Source: Chara braunii (lineage: Eukaryota; Plantae; Charophyceae). From it: a stretch of 64,000 nucleotides of DNA. Of this stretch, positions 25,776 to 38,639 are shown piece by piece (the first letter of the stretch is position 1; every line of letters begins with the position of its first letter). The position numbers and the translations under genes are program-made. The notes under the pieces are model-generated. The model saw only the letters and a list, made by a program, of their open reading frames with translations, made no database searches and was not told the DNA's origin. The DNA lies in the NCBI GenBank assembly GCA_003427395.1, contig BFEA01000004.1:2927605-2991604 (forward strand), in the 5' to 3' direction.

Positions 25776-26858
25776 GGGGGTCAGGTAGCGTGGGGTGTCA
25801 ACCTAACACCAATACTTGCTGCCCCTGGAGCAGCCACAGCTGTGCCAGCCTGGGGCTTCCCCCCTGTAAACTGGTGATTGGCATAAGCACAACCATAACA
25901 AGGAGCCTGGGGGAAGTATCTTAGGAGAGGTGGTAAGACGACCTACAGTGTCCTACCCACCTATTATTTAACCCCCAACCTCCTGGCATGTATGGTGCTT
26001 GCTGCCCCACTGGCCCAGGAGCAGGCATAGCGATGCTACACCAACCAGAGCATAGGCTGTCCTGGCTGACGGCCGATCGAAATTGAACCCACAAACCTGT
26101 TCCTTGTGATGCCGGTGCTCTGACTAACTTGGCCTGTCATCTCTTCAAAAACGAACACATAGTTCCCTCTACCTAGTACTCCACATATCTGGCCTTCGGG
26201 CACACATATCTCGCTATACAGTTACAGAGAGCACACAAAGCCTTCGGGCAGACACAAAAACATGGCCCTATGAAACCCATTCAAACATGCATAGCCTCTG
26301 GCCACACACATATACAGACAACTGCGATACTGGGCTGGGGGGGTCTATCAGGTATATGACGGGGTCTACGCATGCATGGCTTAGCTCTAGGGTAGGGTAG
26401 GGATATAAGTCACTCCGGTTAGTCTGAGTTCCGCCTAGCCTTGGGTAAGCCAGGGGAAGGACGGTAGGATGTGTCCGCGGGCGCTGGCCTGTCTTGCTTA
26501 GGTAACCCTGCTGGGTAGACTCTCTGAATTGGGCCTGTAGAACATTGCATGAGCCTGGCGTCCGAAGTTCCCGTACAGCAAGGTTTGTCCGCTTCCACTT
26601 CCATTAAGGCTGGGAGGTTGGCCCGGCCCTGGTGCTTGTCACTGCTGTCTGGTCTAAGTTGCCCTCGATACTGGTGGGGTGATGGTCCTGAGTGCCGGTC
26701 ACACTGAGGTAGGATGGTAGGGACAGGGGGTGCGCTGGGAGTTTTAACTTGGGGATGGGTAGGGTAGGTGGCCTATCCTGTCAGGACAACCATTGGCTGC
26801 CGCTACCAGCAATCACCGCGGGTCGGGTCCTTGGCCTCTACCAAAAAAAAATAAATAA
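25772..26858. mobile_element. tRNA-headed SINE with inverted 5' part (unit B copy)
   Basis: Paralogue of 8525-9588 with an A-rich tail at 26843-26858. Confidence 0.65.
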
Positions 26859-27205
26859 AGGAGCTACCGCGTGAAGCATTTCTGGACAAGGGTCCCAGGG
26901 TACGTTGTGTCGCATTTCTGGAAAGGTTACGGCGGCTGTCTAGAAAAGTCATCGCGCGTGACAAGTACGACCCAAGTTTGGGAGGACAAAGGGTACATTG
27001 TGTCGCACTTGGGCGGCTGTCTAGAAAAGTCACCGCGCCACGCCACGCAGGCGACGGCGCGCCAGGCAGTCAAGTCTTCTAGCGAATCGGTGTTGCGTAA
27101 AACTGTTCAACGTTGACGTTGACGTTGACGGGCGTAAGTCTTGGCAAACTTCGTCCCCGCGGTTTGACCTTTCAGTGGAGGTTTTCGGTGATGCGAAGTG
27201 CGAAT

Positions 27206-27464
27206 ATGGTGATGACGATGGGAGGGGAAGTAGAGCCCAGAGGCCGGTCTAGAAGTGGTCTCTTATACACATCTAGATGTGTATAAGAGACAGTGATGGC
27301 GCTGCTGACCCCGCGGGAGCTGCTAATGAGTATGCGTATCAACCATCTGCGGGATCAAGCGGACATAGACGACCTCGACAGAGAGGGTGACCTGGATTGC
27401 GCCGCAGATAAGCGGGTGGATGCTATTACCTCGGCGGGCGGGGCGTGCGTAGGAGATAACAAAG
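27206..27464 (+). CDS. CAP/SCP-superfamily protein, exon 1 (copy B), corrupted by adapter sequence
   Basis: Near-identical to copy A with the same donor at 27464/27465. The hydrophobic segment is replaced by a Nextera junction adapter. Confidence 0.65.
27258..27293. other. Nextera mate-pair junction adapter (Tn5 mosaic ends back to back): assembly artefact
   Basis: gtctcttatacacatct+agatgtgtataagagacag matches the Tn5 mosaic end and its reverse complement. Confidence 0.97.
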
Positions 27465-28318
27465 GTAATCGTAAAAGGGCACATACAAAACCTTCTTCTC
27501 CCCCTCCTCTCTTATGTCTCCTCTTCTCAAACCTTCGTCACCCCTCGCTCTCGGTCTTGTCTCCACCTCTTATCTCTCTAAAAGGTTCCAATCGTTGGGT
27601 GGTTGTAATCGTTTGGGAAGAGTTCCGTTTGGGAAGAATTCGTCACCCTTGTCTGCCTTACTGATTCCGCCTGTGTGCTGGCGATTGGATCGAATGTCGA
27701 AACTCCTTCACCTCTGTATGACCTCTGTCTGCTCTCTGTATGGCATGTCTGGGCTTTCCTTTGTATGGAGAAGAGAGCAGGAACTGCGATAGCTCCTGTG
27801 ACACTCTTGGCGACCACGAAAGAACCTGAGGTACGGGTGCCACCGGCCAGAGCTGAAACGAGAGTGGTTTAAGGTCGTTAATATGTGGATAAAGTCGCGT
27901 GAATTTCGTATTCACTGGCATTGAGGGCGTCGACGGCTTTGTATGGAGCGGAAGCGTCCACTCCAGACGCTTTCTGTTCCCGATTTTCTACGTTCCAGCA
28001 GGGGCTGTCTTGTATTTATGTGCCAGTTGTGTGCCGGACGTGTGATTCGGAAATTCTCCCTTTGTTTCTTTTCTCTTTTCCGGTCCTCCCGCTTCAGTAG
28101 TGTCCTCCTTGGCTAGACGTGATCTGTGCTTTTTGGTTTCCCTTTCTCCTCTCATTCTTTGGTTTCCCAAAGTTCTTTGATCCGCTTGGAGTGGATTAAC
28201 CTTCCTGGTTGGCCATTCACTTGTCTCTCTCCCTGAAGGTGGACACCTTGATTCACTTTACCTCCCATAGGAGATATTTTCCACTCACTTTACACCTCGC
28301 ATTCTTTCGGATAGAGTC

Positions 28319-28356
<38 letters not shown>

Positions 28357-28844
28357 CGCTGTGAAAAGACATTTAATTCAAGTGTATGATGGTGTGTGTG
28401 CGTGTGTGTGTGAATGTACATTGAGCAGTTTGGTGTATGGTGGAGTAACATGAGTTTAATGTTGTCTCCTGAAACTCAGTGGTAATTTTCTAGTTTACTA
28501 CGCGGTTCAATGCGATTTTCTGAGAGTTAGTGTATCGTGCAGGTAAATGTTTTCCTTGTTCTTTTGTGTTTTTTTCAAAAATCGAGTGCTGTTAAAATTG
28601 TTGACAACATGTGCTGGTGTGTTTTCTACGGTTTTCTTTGTTAGCTGCTGTTTCTTGGTCTCGTTCCGAATCCTTATTCCCGCTGCCTTGTTCCTGCTCC
28701 GTGTGTCTGGTCCTGTTTCCTGGCTCGTTGTCGTGTTTCTGTTTTCGTTCATTCGTCGATCGTTGCACGACCGCGTTGTTGCCAACGATGGCGACTTTTG
28801 CGCGTGCGGGTGCGTTGGGCGCCTTCCCTCGTGGTGGTCATCAG

Positions 28845-29059
28845 CGTCCTTAGATGCAGCTAACGAGTGCAAATGGTTTGGAGATTACGACTATGCCGTG
28901 GAGCTTGTGTCTTGTGGAGGGGATAATCCTTTTGATGGGTGGGTGAGTAACCCAACCACGCGTGCTGTACTTTTGGACCAAACGTACAAGGACATCGGTG
29001 TAGCCAGGCGTAGCGCGAATGAGTCGACGTACTGGGTTGTCATTCTCGGTACCAGCTAG
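28845..29059 (+). CDS. CAP/SCP-superfamily protein, last exon (copy B)
   Basis: ELVSCGGDNPFDGWVSNPTTRAVLLDQTYKDIGVARRSANESTYWVVILGTS*. The frame is intact while the flanking intron has indels. Confidence 0.75.
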
Positions 29060-29436
29060 AAGCTCGGGACGTGAACCAACGAGAGGAGGGACAGGAAAAG
29101 GATTGGCAGTTTGGCATTCGCTTGGGCCAGATTAGATTAGGAAGCAAACCATGTGCAGCGAAGAAGATAAGCCACGGCCCACACTCTGAGGATGGACAGT
29201 TCGAGATTGACGAATGGGTGGCCACGATCTACGGAGGAAATTTCTGGGAAATGTATATATCAGTTGTCCCAAATTTCTCTTCTTTTTGGAGGACCGGTTG
29301 TCCGTGTCTCATAAAAAGCTTTTCCAAGTTTGACGTACTCCTCGCCCTATTGTTGTAATCTGGCCTGAGGACAGATAGCGATAATTTTTTTGTGTCCTTG
29401 ATTGCTCGACAGAATCGACACTGCTTGTGTGTGCGT

Positions 29437-29510
<74 letters not shown>

Positions 29511-29731
29511 CGCGCGCGCGCGAGCTAAATACGAGCCTAAGGACGGGTGTTGAGCGTACTTGTAGAAAGGTTTTCGCTATAGAAGTGCGATCCATTGCTA
29601 TTGTACTTGGGTAACTTGTCCACTATATACGATGATGCGATTCATTGCCATCGTACTTGGTTGAATCCGCTATCCTTCTCGGGCCCTTAACTAGCCGAGG
29701 ACAGTTTCCTGATCGGTTTCTCTCCGTACGT

Positions 29732-29770
<39 letters not shown>

Positions 29771-30326
29771 GGCGCGCGCGCGTGGACGCTAGAGGCTACG
29801 ACAGGTGGTGGAAGCACTCTGCCAACGGGACAGGGACATGTAGACATGTGTTATGTAACATCCAGTGCATATAGTAGACAAGAATACTGTATAAAGCCGT
29901 TGAAAATAGGGTGATAGAGGGGTTCAATGGTTCATTGTGCTAGAAGGAAGGTTGGCTACAACACCTCTGCAGTTCGTTGTGGGAAGAAGACTGATAAGTT
30001 TTGTTGAGGTAAATGCATGAGGGAACGGCAAGGGGGGAATGGTGCTGAAGAGTTCAATGGCCTCAGTGGCCTGTGGTTGGAGAAGACGTTAGGTGGACTC
30101 ATGAGGTCCTATTTCCTAGTTTTTGCGATCGGGATTGGTTGTAGCACTGTACTGGTTTTGGCCTTCGAGGACGTCTCTCGATGTTTGAGCACTGTACTCG
30201 TTTTGGCTATTGAGAAGCGCTCTGGCGATGTTTGCTACCTTCATTGTGGAGATGGACGGTGTAGATCTTGATATGGCGGTCGATAATCGTCTTCCTGATG
30301 ATGAAGGAAGAACATGATTGGGACTG

Positions 30327-30415
<89 letters not shown>

Positions 30416-30586
30416 AAAGAAAGTTAGCATGGCTGCCATGGCCCTATGCAAGGGGGGCACGCGCAATCGTGGAGAGAAAAAAATTAAAACATAGAAAACG
30501 AGAAAGAAAAGAGGGATCTTTTCGTTTTTTTTTTCCCCGTATTCGTGTGTTCTTTTTGAAGCGGCATAGTTCAGAAAGATAAATAT

Positions 30587-30631
30587 GCTCTGATGAGTCG
30601 GTGAAACTCCGACGAAACAGTTTGTCACAGC
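30587..30631 (+). ncRNA. Minimal hammerhead ribozyme motif
   Basis: CTGATGA-gtcgg-tgaaact-ccgac-GAAAC-agttt-GTC has an intact core and stem II. Stem I is imperfect (gct/agc with a 2-nt bulge). Confidence 0.75.
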
Positions 30632-31460
30632 CCCTCGTTTGTTGTCCTCTTCTCTCTCTCTGCCTACGGTTAACCGGGCAGTTCTGTTTGTGACGATATA
30701 TTATACAAATAATATATATATTATGGATTCTGCATTCGGTCTGACCAGCCCCCCCAAAAAAATTGTCGGGACTCGGGAGCCATTTCGTCAGTTTGAACGG
30801 GCCCCGTCGGGCATGTCAAGAGCCAGCCGGAAGGGCAACGGGGCCCCGGGGTTACACTGGCTGGCGGGTGGCCCGTGCTGCATGATATGTTAAGTACTAA
30901 ATTAGTAGGGTTGGAAGGCTTGTAGGCACGTAGGCTCGACAAAGCATGTACTAGGCATGACAACCTAGTTAAGTGGATTTGGATGAAGGGTTGAGAATCG
31001 TGAGATGTGAGCAGTTGGTGATGATGAAGAAAAGATTTTGACCACCTTTTAATATGTTGATGCATTTTAACTTTTCAAAGTTGGATTCGAGCTTTAAGAT
31101 AATGTTAAATAAACAGTTCAACCAACGAAGATATCAATAACAGAGAAGTTCTTTCATTTTCAGACTTAACAGTTCAGAATCTCCGGTTATCACGAGAAGT
31201 TTCTAGGCCACCGAACGTTCGGTTTTTTATGTTAATTCTGTCAATTTTTGTGTCTGGTCACTCTGGTTTGTAAAATGTTCTCTGTGTCTTTGCCCATCTG
31301 TGATTCGGGGCCTCGGGGATAAATTTGAAAGTCCAGGGATTATGCTTCAAAGTGTTTAAAAGGTTTGCTTGTGTGTGTTTGGTTGCAGAGCGTTCAGGAT
31401 ATTATAGCAATAGGTTGTCTCTGACAGTGTCTGGAATCTGGACTCTGAAGCGCATATGGC

Positions 31461-31538
31461 TCACTTGATTTGAACCTGGTCGCTTGATTTGAACCTGGTC
31501 GCTTGATTTGCACCTGGTCACTTGATTTGAACCTGGTT
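31461..31538. repeat. 19-bp minisatellite x4
   Basis: (c[a/g]cttgatttgaacctggt)n. Confidence 0.85.
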
Positions 31539-32530
31539 TGACTCTGAGAGTTTGGTCGTTTAATCGTTAATGCACGGCGCAAAGGTGCATGGTTGATTGA
31601 TCGTGTTCATGCAAGAACAACGTGCGGGTGGGCAAAAATTGTACGACCTCTGTCAGTACCACCGTTCCACGGCATAACCACACAGGTGACACAGCACGGA
31701 CTCATGAGTCATGGCTTCAAGTTGACATTGCTGGCGGCAGTGCTCTCTTTTTCCCTCCGTGTGTCATATTTGCATTTTAGTGTAATGGGGACGTGAGGCG
31801 GCACCTTCGGTGCTGCCGACTACGGAGTATGGTGCACTTCGACTTGTACAATTCTAAGAGACTTTCCCTCAGTTTATGTCAGGTTGGAATTCTATATAAT
31901 CCGAAAGAGCTGCCCAGAAGAATTTGAAGCACTTCCTTGAGGAATTGGTCAATTTGGTCCCCCAGTCCTCGTGTCACGAAAAAAGTGCTGCTTGTCAATT
32001 TGTTTTGCTAGAATAGAGACTCCTATGTCACAAATGGGAAATTGGTTCTTGATAATTTTGATGCCTTGCTCCTGAACAGATTGTGCTGACATAGCAATTG
32101 AACAATTATGGTTGAGGCACCAGGCTGTTGGGCTTGGGGTGGCAGGCTGGATTCCGTGGAGGGCCAGACTCAGGAAAATGACGTGATGATAGGTGATATA
32201 CACCTAACAGTGAAGCAATTGTGCTGGTGCAGTTTATTTCTTAAATGAGACTGTCGACAGACTCAACACGTACCAAGGATTGCCAGGCTACGAATCCCCT
32301 GCGGCGGCGGACAAGCGCAGCCAAGTTCGCAGCCGCGGACGCGTCCGTGCGGACGCGCAGCTTTGGCGCCACGTGGCGGCCGCAGGGGAGGGGGGTTTGG
32401 GATTCTGGAAGCGCCATTGGGTGGCGCATCCGCTGCCCCACCCCCCCACACAAAAAAAATTGAAACAAAAACCAACTTTTGGTTGGGGGGTTTGGGCTGC
32501 CGCGCGTCTTTTTTTTGTTTTTTTTTTCCG

Positions 32531-32568
<38 letters not shown>

Positions 32569-32654
32569 CGATGTTGCTTTTTCTTTTTGTTGTTGATTGA
32601 TTGATTGATTGATTGGTGGGGGAGGGGTCGCCCCGCCCCCCCGCCACCAACCAC

Positions 32655-32696
<42 letters not shown>

Positions 32697-33611
32697 GTGA
32701 ATATTTCAACGTTCCAGCGGTAGATTCGATCGATTTTGCTCATCCTTTCGATGGAAGTTGTGCGAGGCCAGCCGCGGCCTCGTGCAACTTCCATCGAGAG
32801 GATGAGCAANNNNNNNNNNNNNNNNNNNNNNNNNNNNNNNNNNNNNNNNNNNNNNNNNNNNNNNNNNNNNNNNNNNNNNNNNNNNNNNNNNNNNNNNNNN
32901 NNNNNNNNNNNNNNNNNNNNNNNNNNNNNNNNNNNNNNNNNNNNNNNNNNNNNNNNNNNNNNNNNNNNNNNNNNNNNNNNNNNNNNNNNNNNNNNNNNNN
33001 NNNNNNNNNNNTTTTTTTTTTTTGCATCTTTATTTTTGTAAAACACCTCATTTCCCTGCAAAAAACAAAAATCCAATTCAAAAACAAATACAGGTGTACT
33101 CAGGGACCATATATCTCATGATAAAAAGTGGCAAAAAAATTCCAGTTTTTCTTTATATATATATTTTTTAATTTTGTTTAAATCAATTTTAGTTTTTTAT
33201 TTTTTTTAAATCTTCAACAAAGTCGGATTCCAAAAAAAAAAATTATAGGAGTGTAGGGTTTTTCAAGCCCTACACCCCCATATGTTTTATTGTTTTTTTA
33301 CATATTTTTAAGGGGAGAAAAAAAATATTGAAAAACTGGGCCGAAGACTGGGCCTCATTGGCCGCGGTCGCGGCCTAAGCCGCGGGTGTCACATAGGCCA
33401 CAGGAGATCTCAGCTCCGACCTGGGACTCCACCCCCACTTTCCTAAAGTCCTTGGCACACCCCTTTTTCACACTTCCGGGCTCTCATCCCACTCCGATAA
33501 GGAAGTCGCGTTGGGCGTGAGGTTGGGCGTCACACGCCTTCCCTTCCGCGCAATCCTCCGCCTTGGCCCTCCTGCCCTCCCCTGCTATCCCGCGGCTTGC
33601 CTTCTCCGCAC

Positions 33612-35228
33612 TTAATCGGTCGTTTTTGAAACTGACCGATTACGTAATCGGTCAGTTTCAAGAACGAACGATTCCGTAATCGGCGGTTTTTGGAACTGGC
33701 TGATTACGTAATCAGCCGTTCTTGAAACGAACCGATTGATGTAGCACAGTGGTTAGAGCACCGGTTGGAAATGAGCATTGTGGTATGAGGTTGCGGGTTC
33801 AAAACTCAATTTCAGCCTTGCGCATGGACACCAGCAGGGCGTTAGAATGACACACGGCTGGACATGCATTCCCTTGGGCTGGCGCACGGTAAGCTTATAC
33901 AGACACTGCCGGCGCCGAACCCAAGGGTTCTCCATGGTGTTGTATGTCGGGTCTTGATAGTACTGCGTGGGTTGCTTATGGTTGTTGCTCATGGTTGTTT
34001 TGTTGATATCCCCAGTCTTGCATATCACACACAGGGGCCGTTTGTGATTGTTGCTCAAATGGTAGTCTTCAGGTCACATGTCAGGCCTGGGGTTCTTGTC
34101 CAGCTTGGCATGTCATCTCTTCAAAACGAACACATAGTTCCTTCTACATAGCATTGCACATATTTGGCCTTCGGGCACATACATCTCGCTATACAGGTAC
34201 ACAGAGCGCACATAGCCTTCGGGCAGGAACAAAACACATGGCCCTATGAACTCATACAAACATGCTTAGCCTCTGGGCATGCACACAAATTACGATACTG
34301 GGTTGGGGGGGTCTATCAGGTATATGACGGGGTCTACTCACACATGGCTTAACTATAGGGTGGTGGTAGGGATGCAAGTCGCTCCGGCTAGTCTGAGCTC
34401 TGCCTAGGCTTGGGTAAGCTAGGGGACGGACGGTAGGACTTGTCCGCGGGCGCTGGCCTGCCTCGCTTAGGTAACCTTGCTGGGTAGATTCTCAGAATTG
34501 GGGCTGTAGAAGATTGCATGAGCCTGGCGTCCGAAGTTCCCATACGGCAAGGTTCGTCTGCTTCCCCTTCCATCAGGGCTGGGAGGTTGGCCCAACCTTG
34601 GTGCTTGTCACTGCTATTTGGTCCAAGTTGCCCTCGATACTGGTAGGGTGAGGGTCCTGAGTGCTGGTCACACTGAGGTGGGATAGTACGGACAGGGGGT
34701 GTTCTGGGAGTATTAACGTGGGGATGGGTAGGGTAGGTGGCCTATCCTGTCAGGACAACCGTTGGCTGCCGCTACTAGCAATCATTGCGGGTCTGGTCCT
34801 TGGCCTCTACAACACCCCGGACTTAAAATAAAAAATAAATAATAAATAAAAAATAAAAAAAAATCAGACCGATTATGTAATCGATCGTTCTTGAAACTGA
34901 CCGATTACGTTATCGGTCAGTTTAAAAAACGACTGATGATGTGGGGAGGTTCGTCCGCTTCCTGTTCCATCAGGCCTGGGAGGTTGGCCCAGCCTTGGTG
35001 CTTGTCACTGATGTTTGGTCCAAGTTGCCCTCGATACTGGTAAGGTGAGGGTCCTGAGTGTTGGTCACACTGAGGTAGGATAGACGGGACAGGGGGTGCG
35101 CTGGGAGTATTAACGTGGGGATGGGTAAAAAAAAAAAAAAAAAAAAAAAAACCGGCCAATTACATAATCAGTCGTTCTTGAAACTGACCGATTAAGTAAT
35201 CGATCAGTTTAAAAAACGACCGATTATG
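33612..35228. repeat. Array of palindromic ~31-bp units (core ACCGATTACGTAATCGGT) in three blocks separated by SINE sequence
   Basis: Blocks at 33612-33738, 34866-34940 and 35151-35228. Includes the perfect palindrome ttgaaactgaccgattacgtaatcggtcagtttcaa. Confidence 0.8.
33741..34862 (+). mobile_element. tRNA-derived SINE, apparently full length (~1.1 kb)
   Basis: Head tagcacagtggttagagcac (A box) ... gggttcaaaac (B box). The body is shared with 8887-9588, 26136-26858 and 34950-35150. A-rich tail at 34825-34862. Confidence 0.75.
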
Positions 35229-35364
35229 TGGGGAGAACATATGTGCGCCAAGTCGGGGCCCAGAAAGGCAGGCCGCAGGATAGCAGGGGAGGGAAGGCAG
35301 GGCAAGGAAGATGGCAGATTTTATTATTTTTATTATTATTTCTTTGTATCGCGATGGGCGTTGG

Positions 35365-35430
35365 ATCAGATATTAAACTGATCAGAACAGATACTACACT
35401 TGATCTTAGCCAAAAGGCCGAGAAAGGTGA
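35365..35430 (-). pseudogene. U2: U2 snRNA 5' fragment (about nt 1-65)
   Basis: Minus strand ACCTTTCTCGGCCTTTTGGCTAAGATCAAGTGTAGTATCTGTTCTGATCAGTTTAATATCTGAT, including the branch-point recognition sequence GTAGTA. No Sm site or 3' stems; an A-rich tract follows. Confidence 0.9.
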
Positions 35431-35449
35431 AAGCGCGGGGGGGAAAGGC

Positions 35450-35664
35450 GGGGGAAGGTGGGGGATTGAGGGCAAGGGGTTGAAGGCGGCGTAAGATGGG
35501 GGATTGAAGGCAGCGGAAGGTGGGGGATTGAAGGCAACGGAAGGTGAGGGATTAAAGGCGCAGGGGTGAAAGGCGGGGAAAGGTGGGGGATTGAAGGCAC
35601 GGATTGAAGGCCGGGGAAGGTGGGGGATTGAAGGCAGCGGCAGGTGGGGGATTGAAGGCAGCGG

Positions 35665-35665
<1 letters not shown>
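35450..35665. repeat. G-rich ~21-bp minisatellite
   Basis: (aaggtgggggattgaaggcagcgg)-like units, followed by (GA)n. Confidence 0.8.
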
Positions 35666-35732
<67 letters not shown>

Positions 35733-36222
35733 AAGAGAGAGAGCTGGCACATGGCGACATAGCACGTGGCCATCTGCAGCAGAGGCCGCAGGGCCGCGCA
35801 AGGAGGGTGGATAGCTGCGGCGGCGGACGAGGACGTAGTCGCGACGTTATTACTGGTGAGTGTGCGTTTTTTTTTTTTTGAAGTCTTCTTCTTTTTCTTC
35901 TTCTTCTTCTTCTTCTTCTTCTTCTTTTTCTTCTTTTCTTCTTCTATTTTTTCCCCTCCTTTTCTTCTTTCCATTCTTTTTTCCATCCTTACCAGTAATC
36001 ATATTGTCGTTTTTCCATTCTTCTTCTTCTTCTTCTTCTTTACTCTTTTTTTCGAAACGTTCGGGTTGTCTTCCGTCTTCTTATTATTATTATTCTTATT
36101 ATCTTTCTTCTTCTTCTTCTTCTTCTTCTTCTTCTTCTTCTTCTTCTTCTGCTTCTTCTTCTTCTTCTTCTTCTTCTTCTTCTTCTTCTTCTCCTTTTTC
36201 TGCTTCTGCTTGTGTGTGTCAC

Positions 36223-36280
<58 letters not shown>

Positions 36281-37561
36281 AGAGTAAACTTTGCGGACAG
36301 AAACGCAGCCGCGCAACGGCGGGGTCTGAGCCGCGAGGCCTCAGACCAGAACCGCGCGGCCTCGTGCGCGCTCGCGAGAGTGCGAGGCTGAGAGAGAGAG
36401 AGAATCAATCAATCGATCGTTCACTCAATCAATCAATCAATCAATCAATCAAGATCTTATCGAATCAATAGGATCTTGATTGATTGATTTTTTGATTTGA
36501 TTGATTGGTTGATTGATTGATTGACTGATTGTGTGTGTGTGTGCGTGTGTGTGTTGAGATAAACAGTGCCCCGTGAACGCGGCGAGCAGCGTATCGGGGT
36601 GTGCATTCACGATTGCCTAAGCAGTAAGGTTGTATCACCTTTGCACATAACACTTCATAGATAGGGTGGACCCAAAAGGCGTACATAACGGAGATGCACA
36701 CAGTGGGAAGCAACACACAGAGCGACAAAGATCTCATGATGCAGTTACGTACTATGCGGAGCATCAATAAGCTTTCATTCATTCAAGGGCATCAGGGGCC
36801 GAATTCATAGGTGAGACAAATGGGGAGAACTCAGACTCAAAGACCATACACATACGATCAGACGAATTACAACAAACGATCCCTGGCTCGATTATAACCA
36901 CAACTCTCCTCGGTGATATGTAAACAGCTGCTTCTCAACCCGGGAGATTATTCACATTACCGACAGCCTACTAATTGTCATTGAAGCAAAACACAGCGAA
37001 GAATACCCAAAGACTTCCAATGCACATCAATCCCACCATAAACAAGCCTAACATCACCACCGATACCATCCACAGTAAGGGTAACCATGCGCCCCCCGAA
37101 ACTCGTAACATCCCGAACTCCCGATTGTCTGCAGGGTAGAAAAGGCCCGTAATCGGTGCATGCAAAGACGCCAGCTCGGACGAATGGAGACCAACGACGA
37201 TTCCGATAGATATGCAGAAGAGGGCAAGGGCAAGGCATTGCCATCCCACAACCATAACACCCCTCATGGCTGTTGCACAGGATTCACACTACACCTAATT
37301 ATGCGGCGTTTCCCCAAGAATGCACCAGTCCGCAATACGATCTCCTTGCTCCACTCGTGCGATTCACTGTGTCCCCCCACTACCACCGCCAATCCGCCCC
37401 AAGCTAAGTGATGCCACGAAGTCGCCTATCCACAAAGCGATCACAAACTACCCAGAAATCCCGGTACCGTTAGGCCGGTACCCGCACGATCCAAGCCCCG
37501 TGTAGCATCAACTACTCCTATCATCCACCCCGGCTCGTCATCTTCCCATGGTATGCTCACA

Positions 37562-37656
<95 letters not shown>

Positions 37657-38143
37657 NNNNNNNNNNNNNNNNNNNNNNNNNNNNNNNNNNNNNNNNNNNN
37701 NNNNNNNNNNNNNNNNNNNNNNNNNNNNNNNNNNNNNNNNNNNNNNNNNNNNNNNNNNNNNNNNNNNNNNNNNNNNNNNNNNNNNNNNNNNNNNNNNNNN
37801 NNNNNNNNNNNNNNNNNNNNNNNNNNNNNNNNNNNNNNNNNNNNNNNNNNNNNNNNNNNNNNNNNNNNNNNNNNNNNNNNNNNNNNNNNNNNNNNNNNNN
37901 NNNNNNNNNNNNNNNNNNNNNNNNNNNNNNNNNNNNNNNNNNNNNNNNNNNNNNNNNNNNNNNNNNNNNNNNNNNNNGTGTGAGAGAGAGAGAGAGAGAG
38001 AAAGAGAGAGCAGTGTCATGCCTCCAACGTCGAGGCTGGCCTCACGGTACTTCCATCGATAGGGTGAGCTAGATCGAACGCATCCACCGCTGGAACCTCA
38101 AAATATGCATTGCCGAACAATTTATTTTTTTTTATTTTTTTTT

Positions 38144-38176
<33 letters not shown>

Positions 38177-38247
38177 GAAGTGTGTGTGTGTGATTGATTG
38201 ATTGATTCTGATGATCGATTGATTGATTGATTGGTATAATTGATTGG

Positions 38248-38288
<41 letters not shown>

Positions 38289-38423
38289 GGATTGATCAAT
38301 CAAGCAATGAAGCAAGCAATCAATCGTCGTCTTCTTTCTTCTTCTTCTTCTTTCTTCATATTTCGTTATCTAGCTTTTTTTTTTTTTTTTTTGGTAGGTG
38401 TTCGTGGTCGCTCGCCGCGCGCT

Positions 38424-38463
<40 letters not shown>

Positions 38464-38639
38464 CATTTCAGAGTTTGCGGATGTGGCCACAGACATGGCC
38501 GCGTGGCCTAGTCCGCGGCCTCAAACGCGGCCGCGCGGCATCGACCACGTCCCCGCGACGGTATTCTCGCCCTCGCCTCGTCTGTGTTGTCGGGGCTGCT
38601 GTTGGGTCGGGACAGGGCGGCTCTTCATGTGGGGCAGGA

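Larger units (their letters stand above)
14796..30960 (+). repeat. Segmental tandem duplication, unit B
   Basis: Diverged copy of unit A. It lacks the Penelope-like element and 13252-14296, and it has the LTR element 15026-25775 and a hammerhead-bearing segment near 30541-30680. Confidence 0.9.

Noticed and set aside
27258-27293. Natural Tn5/IS50 footprint or horizontal transfer
   Set aside because: This is the engineered mosaic end in the head-to-head arrangement of the mate-pair adapter.
33741-33815. tRNA gene
   Set aside because: A and B boxes are present, but there is no acceptor stem or cloverleaf and it continues into a repeated body and A tail, so it is a SINE head.
33612-35228. CRISPR-like palindromic repeats
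   Set aside because: Units are contiguous without unique regular spacers, and the interruptions are SINE pieces.
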